NCBI GenBank assembly: GCA_965195285.1
Contig: CBDAFS010000012.1
Coordinates: 76,056-140,055 of the forward strand
DNA from: an uncultured Aminicenantes bacterium
GTDB taxonomy: Bacteria > Acidobacteriota > Aminicenantia > UBA2199
Direction: 5' to 3'
DNA: 64,000 bases
Below, one piece after another: positions 10,945 through 20,872 of this stretch (positions are counted from its first letter, which is position 1; every line of letters starts with the position of its first letter). The position numbers and the translations under genes are program-made. Under the pieces are notes generated by a model that saw nothing but the letters and a program-made list of their open reading frames with translations, ran no database searches and was not told the origin of the DNA.

Positions 10945-11226
10945 CTATTTTTCCTGGGATTTTAATAGAAGTTCGCCGGCTGATATTTTTTTAAACAGGT
11001 TAAAATCGATTCTTAGTTCATGTAATTCAGGAGTGCAGACTTCTTTTTGATACAAAAGGTAAAGTTCCAATTCTTCCGGAATTAACAGCCCCATCATGAT
11101 CAGAATTTCACCGATTTTTTTCTTGTATACCTGTTGTTTTTCAATGGCCTCGTCCAGGTGGTGTTCACTGATTTTTTGGACGCTTAACAGGATTTCTCCC
11201 AGTCTTTGGTGAGTCTTATTTTCCAT
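10945..11226 (-). CDS. Small stand-alone MshEN-like protein
   Basis: RLGEILLSVQKIS...L..AI.KQ plus KIGEILIMMGLL.PEELELYL..Q; paralogous to the 5142 protein. Confidence 0.7.
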   Translation of the reverse strand: MENKTHQRLGEILLSVQKISEHHLDEAIEKQQVYKKKIGEILIMMGLLIPEELELYLLYQKEVCTPELHELRIDFNLFKKISAGELLLKSQEK

Positions 11227-11548
11227 AGGCAATTCCAACCAGGCCTCCCAGAACCAGGGGGATCATGAAGCATAAAGACAGACAGAGACTTCCCTTTCGG
11301 GCAATGGCACCCAGAACCGGAAGGGCGGTCATGCTGGTGCTCAGAAAAAATATGGTTATCCCAAGGGTGACCGTGGATATGATGATGGCTATGAAGGCGG
11401 TTTGATGGTTGTTGGCTTTCCTGCTGCCTGAAAACCCGGCCACAAAAGAACCCACAACCGGCAGCCAGAACAATACAAAAGCAAGGATCCACATCACCAG
11501 AACCGTGGGTAATAGATTTGTTTGAGATAATTTAGAAAGCGATGACAT
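11216..11548 (-). CDS. Small integral membrane protein of unknown function
   Basis: Three to four hydrophobic segments; LFWLPVVGSFVAGF motif; overlaps the next gene. Confidence 0.65.
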   Translation of the reverse strand: MSSLSKLSQTNLLPTVLVMWILAFVLFWLPVVGSFVAGFSGSRKANNHQTAFIAIIISTVTLGITIFFLSTSMTALPVLGAIARKGSLCLSLCFMIPLVLGGLVGIAYGK

Positions 11549-11678
11549 GCTCAGCTATACCTTTTATCCGATATAAGCCTTTTCCATCCCTCCCCAGCTG
11601 CTCAATATATACAACTGCCTTCCTTTCCATTCCACCTAAAAAAACTGGGTCTTTTATAGACTATTGTTATTATATCCT

Positions 11679-11695
11679 AGCAATATTCCTGCCAA
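11679..11695 (-). promoter_or_regulatory. Sigma-54 (-24/-12) promoter
   Basis: Minus strand TTGGCAGGAATATTGCT has exact GG-N10-GC spacing and is divergent from a sigma-54 activator gene. Confidence 0.7.
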
Positions 11696-11935
11696 ATTCA
11701 TAAAAAGTAGATTGTATTTTATTTTATGCCGGAAAATCCGGAATGTTTCCAAAACGTTGATAACAGGCTGTTCTGAGTCTAAGATTGCGATCCGATTCAA
11801 ACCTCGTAATCCGGACCATGACCGGGATGTGTCAGCGGAGCTATTTGGTTGAACGAAGATTATAAACTGTCTATAAACTGTATTTACTGAGTTTATAAAC
11901 AAATGGTTGAAAAAAATGATTTCCTGATATAAAAT

Positions 11936-13762
11936 ATGGTTATGAAATATTTACTATACTACGTGGATGGGTTCATTAAAAAATTCCCACTTCGAAAAGC
12001 CTCATTAACCATCGGAAGGGGAGAAGAGAATGATCTCTGGATGGATGATGATTTCTTGTCCAGAAAGCATTTGAAGGTCCAGGTTAAAGAAAATCATATC
12101 ATCATCAATGATTTACATTCGACCAATGGGACCTATGTCAATCATGCCAAAATAAACCAGGCTGAGATTCAACTGGATGATTCTTTCAGGCTGGGCAGCT
12201 TGGAGTTCTATTTGAAAGAAGGATCGGATAAGGAATTTAAGACCGTAGCAGAATTGATTCCGATTTTCAGTAAAATCAAAAAAGATCATGAAAAGAATTT
12301 CAACGGGGAAAAAACCCGTTATATCCAGGACATTTTCCATGAAACCTTGAAGCAGTTTTTACACAGCGGCTTGAAGAAAAACGATCTGAATGAATTATTG
12401 CAGGAACTGTCCTCCTATTTGATCAACCTGAATGTCCCCGGGAGTTTTTATCTGATCTCCCGGGAGGGAAAGGATTTCAATATACAGATGGCGGTAGATG
12501 ATAAATCCGAGACACTGGACTGTTTAAAAAGGATAATCAAGAAAAATGTGAAGTTTCTGGTTAAAAATTTGAGCGGTATCCCGCTACCCAAGAAAATGGG
12601 ATATTTTAATGCCTATCCGGTGAATGTGGCTACAGAACAAACCGTGTTGATTTATCTGTCCCCGGGAGAGCATTCGAATCAAAGTAAAAAACTTGAAAAA
12701 TTTATGATCATTTTGGCCAAAGAACTCTCTCTCCTGATGCAATTGTTGATGGAAAAAAAAGAGTTGTTCCGGGAGCCTTCGAACACCTTTGAGGAGAAAA
12801 AACCCGATTTTAAATATTCGATAGGAATTGTGACCGGAAGTCCCGTCATGAAAGATCTAATCAAGCAGACTCGAAAAATTGCCAACAGTGATCTCTTCAT
12901 TTTGATCCAGGGAGAAAGTGGCACTGGCAAAGAGCTATTTGCCAAGTTGATCCATTATTGTTCGAAAAGAAGACAGCAAAAATTTGTGGCCATCAACTGT
13001 GCGGCTATCCCCGATAATTTATTGGAGTCGGAATTGTTTGGATATGAAAAAGGTGCTTTTACCGGCGCTTTCAAGAATAAACCGGGAAAACTGGAACTGT
13101 CTTCCGGAGGGACACTGGTCCTGGATGAAATCGGGAATATGCCTCTGTCCCTGCAGGCAAAGCTATTGAGAGCCCTGCAGGAATATGAGTTTTACCGGCT
13201 GGGAAGTTCGACTCCCATTAAGGTGGATCTGCGGATTATCTCATTGACCAATTTAGATATAAACCAGATTTTGGGTGAGCATAAAATTCGGGAAGATCTG
13301 TATTACCGCCTGGCCCATCATGTGATTTCCATACCGCCCCTGAGGGAAAGAAAAGAGGACATCTCCTCCTTGATCACCCATTTTACCCAGGTATACAGTA
13401 AAAAAGCCAATAAGGAAATTAAAAGTTTTTCACTGCCCGCCTTTGAGATGTTGAAAAAATATGACTGGCCCGGAAATGTCAGGCAACTTGAAAATGAAAT
13501 CAACCGGCTGGTGAACCTGTGTGATGACGGGGATGTGATCCGCGATGATATGATCTCCGTCACGATAAGAACCCGGACCGGTAAAGCCCAGGCCAATGGG
13601 TTTTCTTTTTCAGGCCATGAGACAAAAAACGAAAAACAGTGGATTTTAAAGTTACTGGAAAAAAACAAATGGAATAAATCAGAAACCGCCCGGGAAATGA
13701 ATATGACCTACCAGGGACTGCATAAGAAGATGAAGCGGCTGGGGATCAAAAAGAAGAAATAA
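11936..13762 (+). CDS. FHA-domain sigma-54-dependent transcriptional activator
   Basis: FHA motifs (IGR, SRKH, STNGT), AAA+ motifs GESGTGKE, GAFTGA and WPGNVRQL, C-terminal Fis-type HTH. Start may be ATG 11942. Confidence 0.9.
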   Translation: MVMKYLLYYVDGFIKKFPLRKASLTIGRGEENDLWMDDDFLSRKHLKVQVKENHIIINDLHSTNGTYVNHAKINQAEIQLDDSFRLGSLEFYLKEGSDKEFKTVAELIPIFSKIKKDHEKNFNGEKTRYIQDIFHETLKQFLHSGLKKNDLNELLQELSSYLINLNVPGSFYLISREGKDFNIQMAVDDKSETLDCLKRIIKKNVKFLVKNLSGIPLPKKMGYFNAYPVNVATEQTVLIYLSPGEHSNQSKKLEKFMIILAKELSLLMQLLMEKKELFREPSNTFEEKKPDFKYSIGIVTGSPVMKDLIKQTRKIANSDLFILIQGESGTGKELFAKLIHYCSKRRQQKFVAINCAAIPDNLLESELFGYEKGAFTGAFKNKPGKLELSSGGTLVLDEIGNMPLSLQAKLLRALQEYEFYRLGSSTPIKVDLRIISLTNLDINQILGEHKIREDLYYRLAHHVISIPPLRERKEDISSLITHFTQVYSKKANKEIKSFSLPAFEMLKKYDWPGNVRQLENEINRLVNLCDDGDVIRDDMISVTIRTRTGKAQANGFSFSGHETKNEKQWILKLLEKNKWNKSETAREMNMTYQGLHKKMKRLGIKKKK

Positions 13763-13771
13763 GCGGCCGGG

Positions 13772-14560
13772 ATGAAATTGAAGAAACCAGGAATTTTACT
13801 GTTTTCGTTGATGGCTTGGTTTTTCCTCAATGCTTGCTCCCGGACCCAGCAGATCATGGTGAATCCTTTGGATTCCCCGGGGGACCTGAAAGCCGGAAAG
13901 ATTCAGGACCAAGGACATTCAGATGAACCAATGGTCATTTACGAAGAAGTAGAAGAGGGAGGGATTAAAAAATCAGTTGATTTCGGGCCTTTTCTGGAGG
14001 ACCAGGAAGTCCAAACCGGGGTGGCTTCGTGGTACGGAGGCAAATTTCACGGCCGCCGTACCGCCAATGGCGAGATTTACAACAAGCACCGCCTGACCGC
14101 TGCCCACCGTACCCTGCCTTTCAATTCCATTGTGGAAGTGGTCAATCTGGATAACCGAAAAAAGATCATTGTGCGTATCAATGACCGGGGACCCTTCATT
14201 AAAAATCGCATCATTGATCTTTCCTTGAAGGCAGCCAGAATGCTTGACATGACTGAAAGGGGCACGGTACCGGTCCGCATCCGGGTGATTCAGGCCGCTT
14301 CTGTCTCCGGTTCTGCCATGTCTCCTGATCCCGGAAAGGGCTATTGTCTGCAGGCCGGGGCTTTTGCCAGCGAGGCCAATGCCCGGAGTTTGTTAAAACG
14401 ATTAAATGCGGATCAGAATCAGCTCAAATTTAATATGGTTTTTCAAAACGATTTTTATAAAATTATTTCCGAAATGATCTCCACCCGACAGTCAGCCGAG
14501 AAGTGGCTGCGCATTCTGGCCCGGAATGGGTTTGACGTATTTATAAAAGAGTATTATTAG
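13772..14560 (+). CDS. rlpA: Septal ring lytic transglycosylase RlpA family lipoprotein
   Basis: Lipobox LNAC, DPBB motifs GVASWYG...TAAHRTLP...NDRGPF, C-terminal SPOR domain. Confidence 0.92.
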   Translation: MKLKKPGILLFSLMAWFFLNACSRTQQIMVNPLDSPGDLKAGKIQDQGHSDEPMVIYEEVEEGGIKKSVDFGPFLEDQEVQTGVASWYGGKFHGRRTANGEIYNKHRLTAAHRTLPFNSIVEVVNLDNRKKIIVRINDRGPFIKNRIIDLSLKAARMLDMTERGTVPVRIRVIQAASVSGSAMSPDPGKGYCLQAGAFASEANARSLLKRLNADQNQLKFNMVFQNDFYKIISEMISTRQSAEKWLRILARNGFDVFIKEYY

Positions 14561-14588
14561 CAGTCAGGGAAAGGTCGTCCGATGGAGG

Positions 14589-16319
14589 TTACAGTAAAGA
14601 CAACAAGGTCAGGAATATGAAAGTTCCCAGGATGGCCAGGACCAGGAATTGAATGGCCGGACGGTAGCGATCCGGTGTGTACGTTTTATCGACAGATTTT
14701 TCAACCAGGATATAGGGGTTTTTGCCGAAAGCCACCAGCTTATCCACCAGACCAAAGGCCTGTTTCTCCACCCAGTCAAAGATATTGGATATAGAATCAA
14801 CAAACAGCTTGCGGGCCAGTTTGGACGGCCGCCGGTAGAACCAGTCGGTGTCCAGGGAGATGGTAGCATGGGGTTCCAGTTTTTTGCGCAGAATCCAGAA
14901 GCCAATAAAGGTGAAAATTAAAATCTGTATCGCTTCCACCAGATGGTGGCTGGTGAAAGGATTCCAGTTGTGAAGATGGTAGGTGGGCAGGTATTGATAT
15001 AGAAGTGAAGGGGCAATTCCGTGCAAAATACAGAAAAAAGCCACGATAGCCATACCGATATGCATATTGGCTGGCGGCTTCTGGACCTTCACGTTTTTAT
15101 CCTTTTTAGTGGAGAACCAGGTAAAATAGGGAAGCTTGATGCCTACGCTGAGAAAAGTTCCCACCGCAGCCAGGTTCAGGAACAAATAGGCCAGGCTGTA
15201 ATGGGCTTCCAGTGCACCGGCCACCACCATGGACTTGCTGATGAATCCGTTAAACAATGGAAATCCGGAGATGGAAAAGGCAGCGATCATGTAAAGCCAG
15301 AAAGTCCTGGGCATGGCCCGGTACAATCCCCCCAATTCGGTCAGTTTGCTCTTGCCGGTGGTGTGCAAGACCATACCGGCCCCCATGAACAGCAGGGCCT
15401 TGTACAGGATATGGCTGAAAGCATGGGCAGCCGATCCATCCATGGACATGAAACTTCCGATGCCCACTCCGGCGACCATATAGCCTACCTGGCTGATGAT
15501 ATGATAGGCCAGGATTCCCCGGATATCATTGGATAAAATAGCGAAAATAACCCCGTAAACCGTCATGATGGTTCCGAAGATCAATAAGATTTCCCAGCCC
15601 GGGAATAAACGAAGCAGCACGTAAACGGCGGACTTGGTAGTGAAAGCACTCAGAAAGACAGCGCCGGTGACCGTGGCTTTGGGATAGGCATCCGAAAGCC
15701 AGGCATGGAGCGGAGGCACAGCAGCATTGATGACCACACCCAGCAGGATAAGCCAGGATGAAAATGATCCCGGTGACAATTTTCCGGATATCAATATATT
15801 TCCAGGCAGGATTGAAATATGCATGATGATACCGGCGAACAGTAATCCGCCTCCCAGAACATGGTATAGCAGGTAGCGCATGCCGGCTTTCCGGGATTCA
15901 GGGGTGCGCCTGGCCCATATCAGGTAGGTGGAGGCCACGGCCATGATTTCCCAGTACATGAAGAGGGTAAAGAAATCACCGGCAAAGGTCACCCCGATGG
16001 CACTCCCGGCATACAGGAGTGCGGCTACTTGCTGTCCGGTTTCCCTGATATGAAAGGAATAAATACTCCCGGCAAAGGCAATGAAAGCAAAAATGATTCC
16101 GAATATCCGGCTCAAGGTATCAATTTTGAAGATGATGAGCGGGTAATTCATGATCTGAAGGGTAGTCTGGGATCCGTCCGGCAGGACCATTATCTGGGCC
16201 AGGGTGGCCAGGGTAAATACCAGCATGGCCACCGGACGGATTTTCCGGGTTAAAAAGGGAAGCAGGCAGGCGCCGGCAATCATGATAAAGGCAGGGGGAA
16301 TTACCCATTCAGTCAGCAT
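14589..16319 (-). CDS. mrpD: Mrp-type Na+/H+ antiporter subunit D (proton-conducting membrane subunit)
   Basis: Multi-TM protein with WEIM, HAWLSDAYP and HILYKALLF motifs. Confidence 0.85.
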   Translation of the reverse strand: MLTEWVIPPAFIMIAGACLLPFLTRKIRPVAMLVFTLATLAQIMVLPDGSQTTLQIMNYPLIIFKIDTLSRIFGIIFAFIAFAGSIYSFHIRETGQQVAALLYAGSAIGVTFAGDFFTLFMYWEIMAVASTYLIWARRTPESRKAGMRYLLYHVLGGGLLFAGIIMHISILPGNILISGKLSPGSFSSWLILLGVVINAAVPPLHAWLSDAYPKATVTGAVFLSAFTTKSAVYVLLRLFPGWEILLIFGTIMTVYGVIFAILSNDIRGILAYHIISQVGYMVAGVGIGSFMSMDGSAAHAFSHILYKALLFMGAGMVLHTTGKSKLTELGGLYRAMPRTFWLYMIAAFSISGFPLFNGFISKSMVVAGALEAHYSLAYLFLNLAAVGTFLSVGIKLPYFTWFSTKKDKNVKVQKPPANMHIGMAIVAFFCILHGIAPSLLYQYLPTYHLHNWNPFTSHHLVEAIQILIFTFIGFWILRKKLEPHATISLDTDWFYRRPSKLARKLFVDSISNIFDWVEKQAFGLVDKLVAFGKNPYILVEKSVDKTYTPDRYRPAIQFLVLAILGTFIFLTLLSLL

Positions 16320-16530
16320 CGTAATAGTCCTCTTTTTGATTCAAAAATAACTTTCCCAGGGTTTTCGCCACCACAATCAGGGCCAGGCAGCCAGCAAATC
16401 CAAACAGAATCCAGAAAGCCGGAATTTGATTCCACCAGTGATGATGACCGGAATCATGATGTGTGCTGAATTCAACCACCAGGGAAGACAGGGTCAGCAA
16501 CGACAGCCCGATCCAGTACCATTTTTTCAT
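16309..16530 (-). CDS. Small 2-TM protein of the Mrp cluster
   Basis: Two TMs, His-rich loop, C-terminal EDYYD; translationally coupled to both neighbours. Confidence 0.7.
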   Translation of the reverse strand: MKKWYWIGLSLLTLSSLVVEFSTHHDSGHHHWWNQIPAFWILFGFAGCLALIVVAKTLGKLFLNQKEDYYDAD

Positions 16531-18029
16531 TATCCCACCACTCCTGTTATATTGGAGGCGATTTTTGTGGCCAGCTGATAGAAATGCAGCCAGAGATCCG
16601 GATAAAGGCCGAAAAGCAGTGAAAGGATTGCTGTAATCACCAGGGGGACCACCATGAAGGGACTGGCCTCTTTTTTGCCTTCCAGATTCCGGGGTTCTCT
16701 GAAAAAAGACCGGTAAATAATGGGAAAGAAATAGGCGGCATTCAGCAAACCGCTGATCACCAGGATAAACAATGGGATCAGATTATCCGATTGAATGGAA
16801 CCCAGTCCCAGATACCATTTACTGACGAATCCGTTAATGGGCGGTATTCCGGCCAGCCCGATGGCGCCCATGGTAAAAGCCCCCATGGTCCAGGGCATGA
16901 TCTTACCGATACCATCCAGTTCACTGATATTCTCACGGTGCAGGTTCACATATATGGCCCCGGCGCAAAAGAAGAGAGTAATCTTCATGGTAGCATGAAA
17001 AGCGATATGCATCATGCCGCCGGTGAATCCGGCCGGGGATAATAGGGCAGCTCCCAGAACAATGTAGGACAGGTGGCCAATGGTGGAATAGGCCAGCAGT
17101 CGTTTCAGGTTATCCTGTTTGAGAGCGATTAAAGAAGCCAGAATAATGGTAATTCCGGCCAGAACCAGGAGTATATGGTTTAGACCGAATTGGCGCATCA
17201 GGGACGGTCCGAACACAAAACCCACCAGACGAATAACCCCGAAAACACCGGATTTCACCACGGCGACCGCATGCAGAAGGGCACTCACCGGGGTTGGGGC
17301 AGCCATGGCTGTGGGAAGCCAGCTGTGAATGGGCATGATCGCTGCCTTTACCCCCACTCCCCCCAGGAATAGCAGGAAGAGAATGGTGGCGATTGACGGT
17401 GACAGCAGGTCTTGGGGAAAAAGTCCGCCAGCCTTGAAATCCAGGGTACCGGCAATCTGATAAGTGATCAGGGTGGCGGCTATCAGTAACAATCCGGCAG
17501 AGAGTGTATATAGTAGATATTTGCGGCCGGCGCGGATGGCTACCGGTGTTTCCTTGTGAATAACAAGGGGATAGGTGGCGATGGTCAGGATTTCATAAAA
17601 TATGATAAAGGTCAGCAGGTTGGCTGAGAAGGCAATACCGATGGTGGCGGACAGGCAGACCGCAAAAAAAGCAAAATACCGGGTTTGCTTGTGTTCGTTC
17701 AATCCCCTCATATAGCCAATGGAATAAAAAGAAGTGAAGATCCACAGCCCGGATGCGATCAGGGCAAAAAACACACCGAAGGGGTCGGCTTTCAGGGCCA
17801 GTTTGATTCCCGGGGCCAGTTCGAACAGGCTGATTTCCGCGGTCCGGTTGGCCACTGCTCCGGGCAGCAGGGTCAATACCAGGCCGAATTTTACCAGACT
17901 GGCTGAAATGGTCCAGAATTCACGCAGGTTTCGATTCCGGGTACTGAAGAGTATCAGGGGAACCGCCACCAGCGAAACCAGAACCGCCAGTATCGGGGTC
18001 AATGAGTGGTATATTTCTGCGCTGTTCAT
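16530..18029 (-). CDS. mrpD: Mrp-type antiporter subunit D paralog
   Basis: YEIL, HSWLPTAMAAPTPVSALLH and LLAYST motifs. Confidence 0.85.
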   Translation of the reverse strand: MNSAEIYHSLTPILAVLVSLVAVPLILFSTRNRNLREFWTISASLVKFGLVLTLLPGAVANRTAEISLFELAPGIKLALKADPFGVFFALIASGLWIFTSFYSIGYMRGLNEHKQTRYFAFFAVCLSATIGIAFSANLLTFIIFYEILTIATYPLVIHKETPVAIRAGRKYLLYTLSAGLLLIAATLITYQIAGTLDFKAGGLFPQDLLSPSIATILFLLFLGGVGVKAAIMPIHSWLPTAMAAPTPVSALLHAVAVVKSGVFGVIRLVGFVFGPSLMRQFGLNHILLVLAGITIILASLIALKQDNLKRLLAYSTIGHLSYIVLGAALLSPAGFTGGMMHIAFHATMKITLFFCAGAIYVNLHRENISELDGIGKIMPWTMGAFTMGAIGLAGIPPINGFVSKWYLGLGSIQSDNLIPLFILVISGLLNAAYFFPIIYRSFFREPRNLEGKKEASPFMVVPLVITAILSLLFGLYPDLWLHFYQLATKIASNITGVVG

Positions 18030-18035
18030 TGTTTT

Positions 18036-19529
18036 TTACCCCATTCCCCCCGGAATAATCTTTTGGATGATACCCTTTACGATAAAGGCATTGAGCAATC
18101 CGATAACCAGGATGGCGATGGCCAGAATGATTGTGGGGACCAGCATGCTTGGATAGGCCTCTGATCTTTTTATTTTTTCGGTTTGGTTCTTTTCGGCATC
18201 AAGTGGCCTCAGGTAAATTTTTTCCAGGATTCGGAAGAAATAAACCGCATTCAACAAACTGCTGATGAGAATAACGGTCAGAAATATCCAGTTCGAGTTT
18301 TTTATGGTGCCCAGGGCCAGGTACCATTTGCTGAAAAATCCCACAGTGGGAGGAAGGCCGACCATGGAAAGTGCGGCTACGGTAAAGGCAGCGGTTGTCC
18401 AGGGCATCTGTTTCCGGATAGAATCAGTGAATCGATTGATGTTGGAGTGTCCCAGTTTGATCCTGAAATTTCCTGCCACCAGAAACAGGCAGGCCTTCAT
18501 CAGCGCATGGTTCATGACATGAAGTACTGCCCCGATCAGACCCAGCGGGTTGGCCAAACCGATACCCAGTCCGATATAGCCAACCTGAGCAATGCTGCTG
18601 TAGGCCAGCATGCGTTTCATTTCCTTCTGGGCAATGGCCATGATCGAACCGTAAATGATGCCGATGGCAGACAACCAGCCGAGTACCTGGGTCAGAGGGA
18701 GCATTTTATTGACCAATGAAATCCCGAATATGAAAAACAATATCCGGATGATGACATAAGCGCCGATTTTGGTACCGGTCGGAGCGACCAGTGCGGCTGT
18801 TGAAGAGGGGGCATAGGTGTAGGAATCCGGCAGCCAGCCATGAAGGGGAAACATGGCCATTTTAATGGCCATTCCAATGACCATCAGAATAAGGCCCACG
18901 ATTACCGTGTGTTCCTGGTAAATATGGGGCAAGATCATCTTGATGTCTGCCATATTCAGGGAACCGGTAGTCATAAACAGGAATCCGGTACCCAGTAAAT
19001 AAAATGAGGCACCAATGGTGCCCATGATCAAGTATCTGAAGGCGGCGATCGGTGATTTTTTCTCACCGATGGCGATCATACCGTACAGGGCCAGGGAGCT
19101 GATCTCCAGGAATACGTAAAGATTGAAAAAATCCCCGGTCAGTACAATGCCGTTGAATCCGCAGAGCATCAGCATTACCACGGCATAATAGGGTGTTCGC
19201 TTATTCGGGTGTTCATTTTCGACTACCCGTTTGCTGTGAATCAAAACCAGAAAAGCGATCGAGTTGATAACCAGGACAATAAATGCGGAAAGCGGATCCA
19301 GAACATATTCAATTCCTATGGGCGGTGCCCAGCCACCGAAAAAATAGCGGACAGATCCTTTTTGCAGGACCAGCAGTATATTGTAAACCGATATAAACAC
19401 GGAAATCAGCGAGGCCAGCAGGCTGAACGGGAAGGCGATCCAGTTTTTTCTGGAGGCAATAATGGGGATCAGTGCACCCGTACCCAGAAATATCAGCGGT
19501 ATCAAAGCGGGTGTGTTACTCAGTGTCAT
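18036..19529 (-). CDS. mrpD: Mrp-type antiporter subunit D paralog
   Basis: FNLYVFLEI, HGWLPDSY and KRMLAYSS motifs. Confidence 0.85.
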   Translation of the reverse strand: MTLSNTPALIPLIFLGTGALIPIIASRKNWIAFPFSLLASLISVFISVYNILLVLQKGSVRYFFGGWAPPIGIEYVLDPLSAFIVLVINSIAFLVLIHSKRVVENEHPNKRTPYYAVVMLMLCGFNGIVLTGDFFNLYVFLEISSLALYGMIAIGEKKSPIAAFRYLIMGTIGASFYLLGTGFLFMTTGSLNMADIKMILPHIYQEHTVIVGLILMVIGMAIKMAMFPLHGWLPDSYTYAPSSTAALVAPTGTKIGAYVIIRILFFIFGISLVNKMLPLTQVLGWLSAIGIIYGSIMAIAQKEMKRMLAYSSIAQVGYIGLGIGLANPLGLIGAVLHVMNHALMKACLFLVAGNFRIKLGHSNINRFTDSIRKQMPWTTAAFTVAALSMVGLPPTVGFFSKWYLALGTIKNSNWIFLTVILISSLLNAVYFFRILEKIYLRPLDAEKNQTEKIKRSEAYPSMLVPTIILAIAILVIGLLNAFIVKGIIQKIIPGGMG

Positions 19530-19902
19530 CCTCCTTTTTCAGCTTTTTGGACAGTATGCTTTCATCCAGGGTTTTGTAGCGTTTGTAGATACTGATGACC
19601 AGTGCAAAAGCCACGCCAATAGTGGCCACACCCACCACAATGGCGGTCAGCATGAGGGTATGGGGCAGGGGATTTATGTATTTCGACGTATCGGTGGCAC
19701 CGATGGCCGGATCCAGAACCGGAACCGTGGCACCCCACTTTGAGGAGGTTGCAATGTAGAAGATAATGATCGAAACCTGAAAGATGGTCATGCCGATGAG
19801 TTTTTTAACCAGATTTTTTTTAAAAATCATCCCCCAGAGTCCCAGGGTCATCAGGGCAAACATGAACCAGTAGGCGTAATGCCCCAGAAAAAAATCAAGC
19901 AT
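19516..19902 (-). CDS. mrpC: Mrp antiporter subunit C
   Basis: NPLPHTLMLTAIVVG motif; RBS GAAGGAG before ATG 19902. Confidence 0.88.
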   Translation of the reverse strand: MLDFFLGHYAYWFMFALMTLGLWGMIFKKNLVKKLIGMTIFQVSIIIFYIATSSKWGATVPVLDPAIGATDTSKYINPLPHTLMLTAIVVGVATIGVAFALVISIYKRYKTLDESILSKKLKKEDDTE

Positions 19903-20332
19903 CGGGATCTCCTTCCAACAGGTCATCGTATATGGCGACCAGGATGCCCATCACCGCCAGTCCGACACCAATCTCAACCAGCAACACCCCGATGAACCGG
20001 GTGTGAGAGGCAATTTCGGACAGGGATAAAAATTCATAATTGAGAAAGGTTCCGCCCATCAGCATGGCAGTAAAACCTGTGGCAAAATAGATCAGCACTC
20101 CGATGGAGCCCAGAGGCGTTCCCCAGCTCCTCTTGAATTGAAGCTGGGCAATTTCGCTCCCCATTGCCAGCCGGATCAATAAAAGACTGGCAGCCAGCAT
20201 GGTTCCGCCCTGAAAACCACCGCCCGGACTGTAATGTCCATGAAATATGATGTACAGGGCAAAGAGCATGATAAAGGGAGATACGATACGGCTTACCAGA
20301 CCCACTATGGGATTGTCTTCATTTCTGATCAT
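19895..20332 (-). CDS. mrpB: Mrp antiporter subunit B (MnhB domain)
   Basis: GHYSPGGGFQGG motif. Confidence 0.88.
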   Translation of the reverse strand: MIRNEDNPIVGLVSRIVSPFIMLFALYIIFHGHYSPGGGFQGGTMLAASLLLIRLAMGSEIAQLQFKRSWGTPLGSIGVLIYFATGFTAMLMGGTFLNYEFLSLSEIASHTRFIGVLLVEIGVGLAVMGILVAIYDDLLEGDPDA

Positions 20333-20630
20333 TGGCAGTTCGCTTTTTCCTCAGAAGTAGAAAGCAGATTAAACCGGCGGTCAGAATGACCGTCTCTTCT
20401 CCCAGGGTATCATAACCCCGGTAATCGGCTAATATGACGGTTACCATGTTGTGGGTGTGATCATCCCGGTCGGCATAATGGATATAATAGGAAGGGGCAT
20501 TTATTGATCCGGCAAGGCTTTTTTCCCGGTGCATCCGCGCATTGGCATCTCCCCGATTGGGGAAGCCCAGCGAGGCATAAATCATCAGGATAAAAAAGGT
20601 GATCAAAATAATGTAATTTCCAACCTTCAA
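20319..20630 (-). CDS. Mrp subunit B-related N-terminal piece (MbhE-like)
   Basis: NMVTVILADYRGYDTLGE motif. Confidence 0.8.
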   Translation of the reverse strand: MKVGNYIILITFFILMIYASLGFPNRGDANARMHREKSLAGSINAPSYYIHYADRDDHTHNMVTVILADYRGYDTLGEETVILTAGLICFLLLRKKRTANDQK

Positions 20631-20872
20631 TCCGTACTCCTTCGACTGGTTTTAAATATCAAAATGATAAACAATACACCGGTTATCCCGGCACCGATCA
20701 CGGCTTCGGTAAAACCGACATCCACTGCTCCCATGGCAATATAGAGCAGGGCGGAAATGAAGCTGAAAACCGTTAAACTCACCACCGCGGTTAACAGGTT
20801 TTTGACTGTCAGGGCCACAACTGCCGTGATCAGCAGAAAAACAAACAGGGTGATTTCTATTTCCGGGTGCAT
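20627..20872 (-). CDS. DUF4040 / MbhD-like Mrp subunit
   Basis: Three TMs with A.DVGFTEAVIGAG motif. Confidence 0.8.
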   Translation of the reverse strand: MHPEIEITLFVFLLITAVVALTVKNLLTAVVSLTVFSFISALLYIAMGAVDVGFTEAVIGAGITGVLFIILIFKTSRRSTD

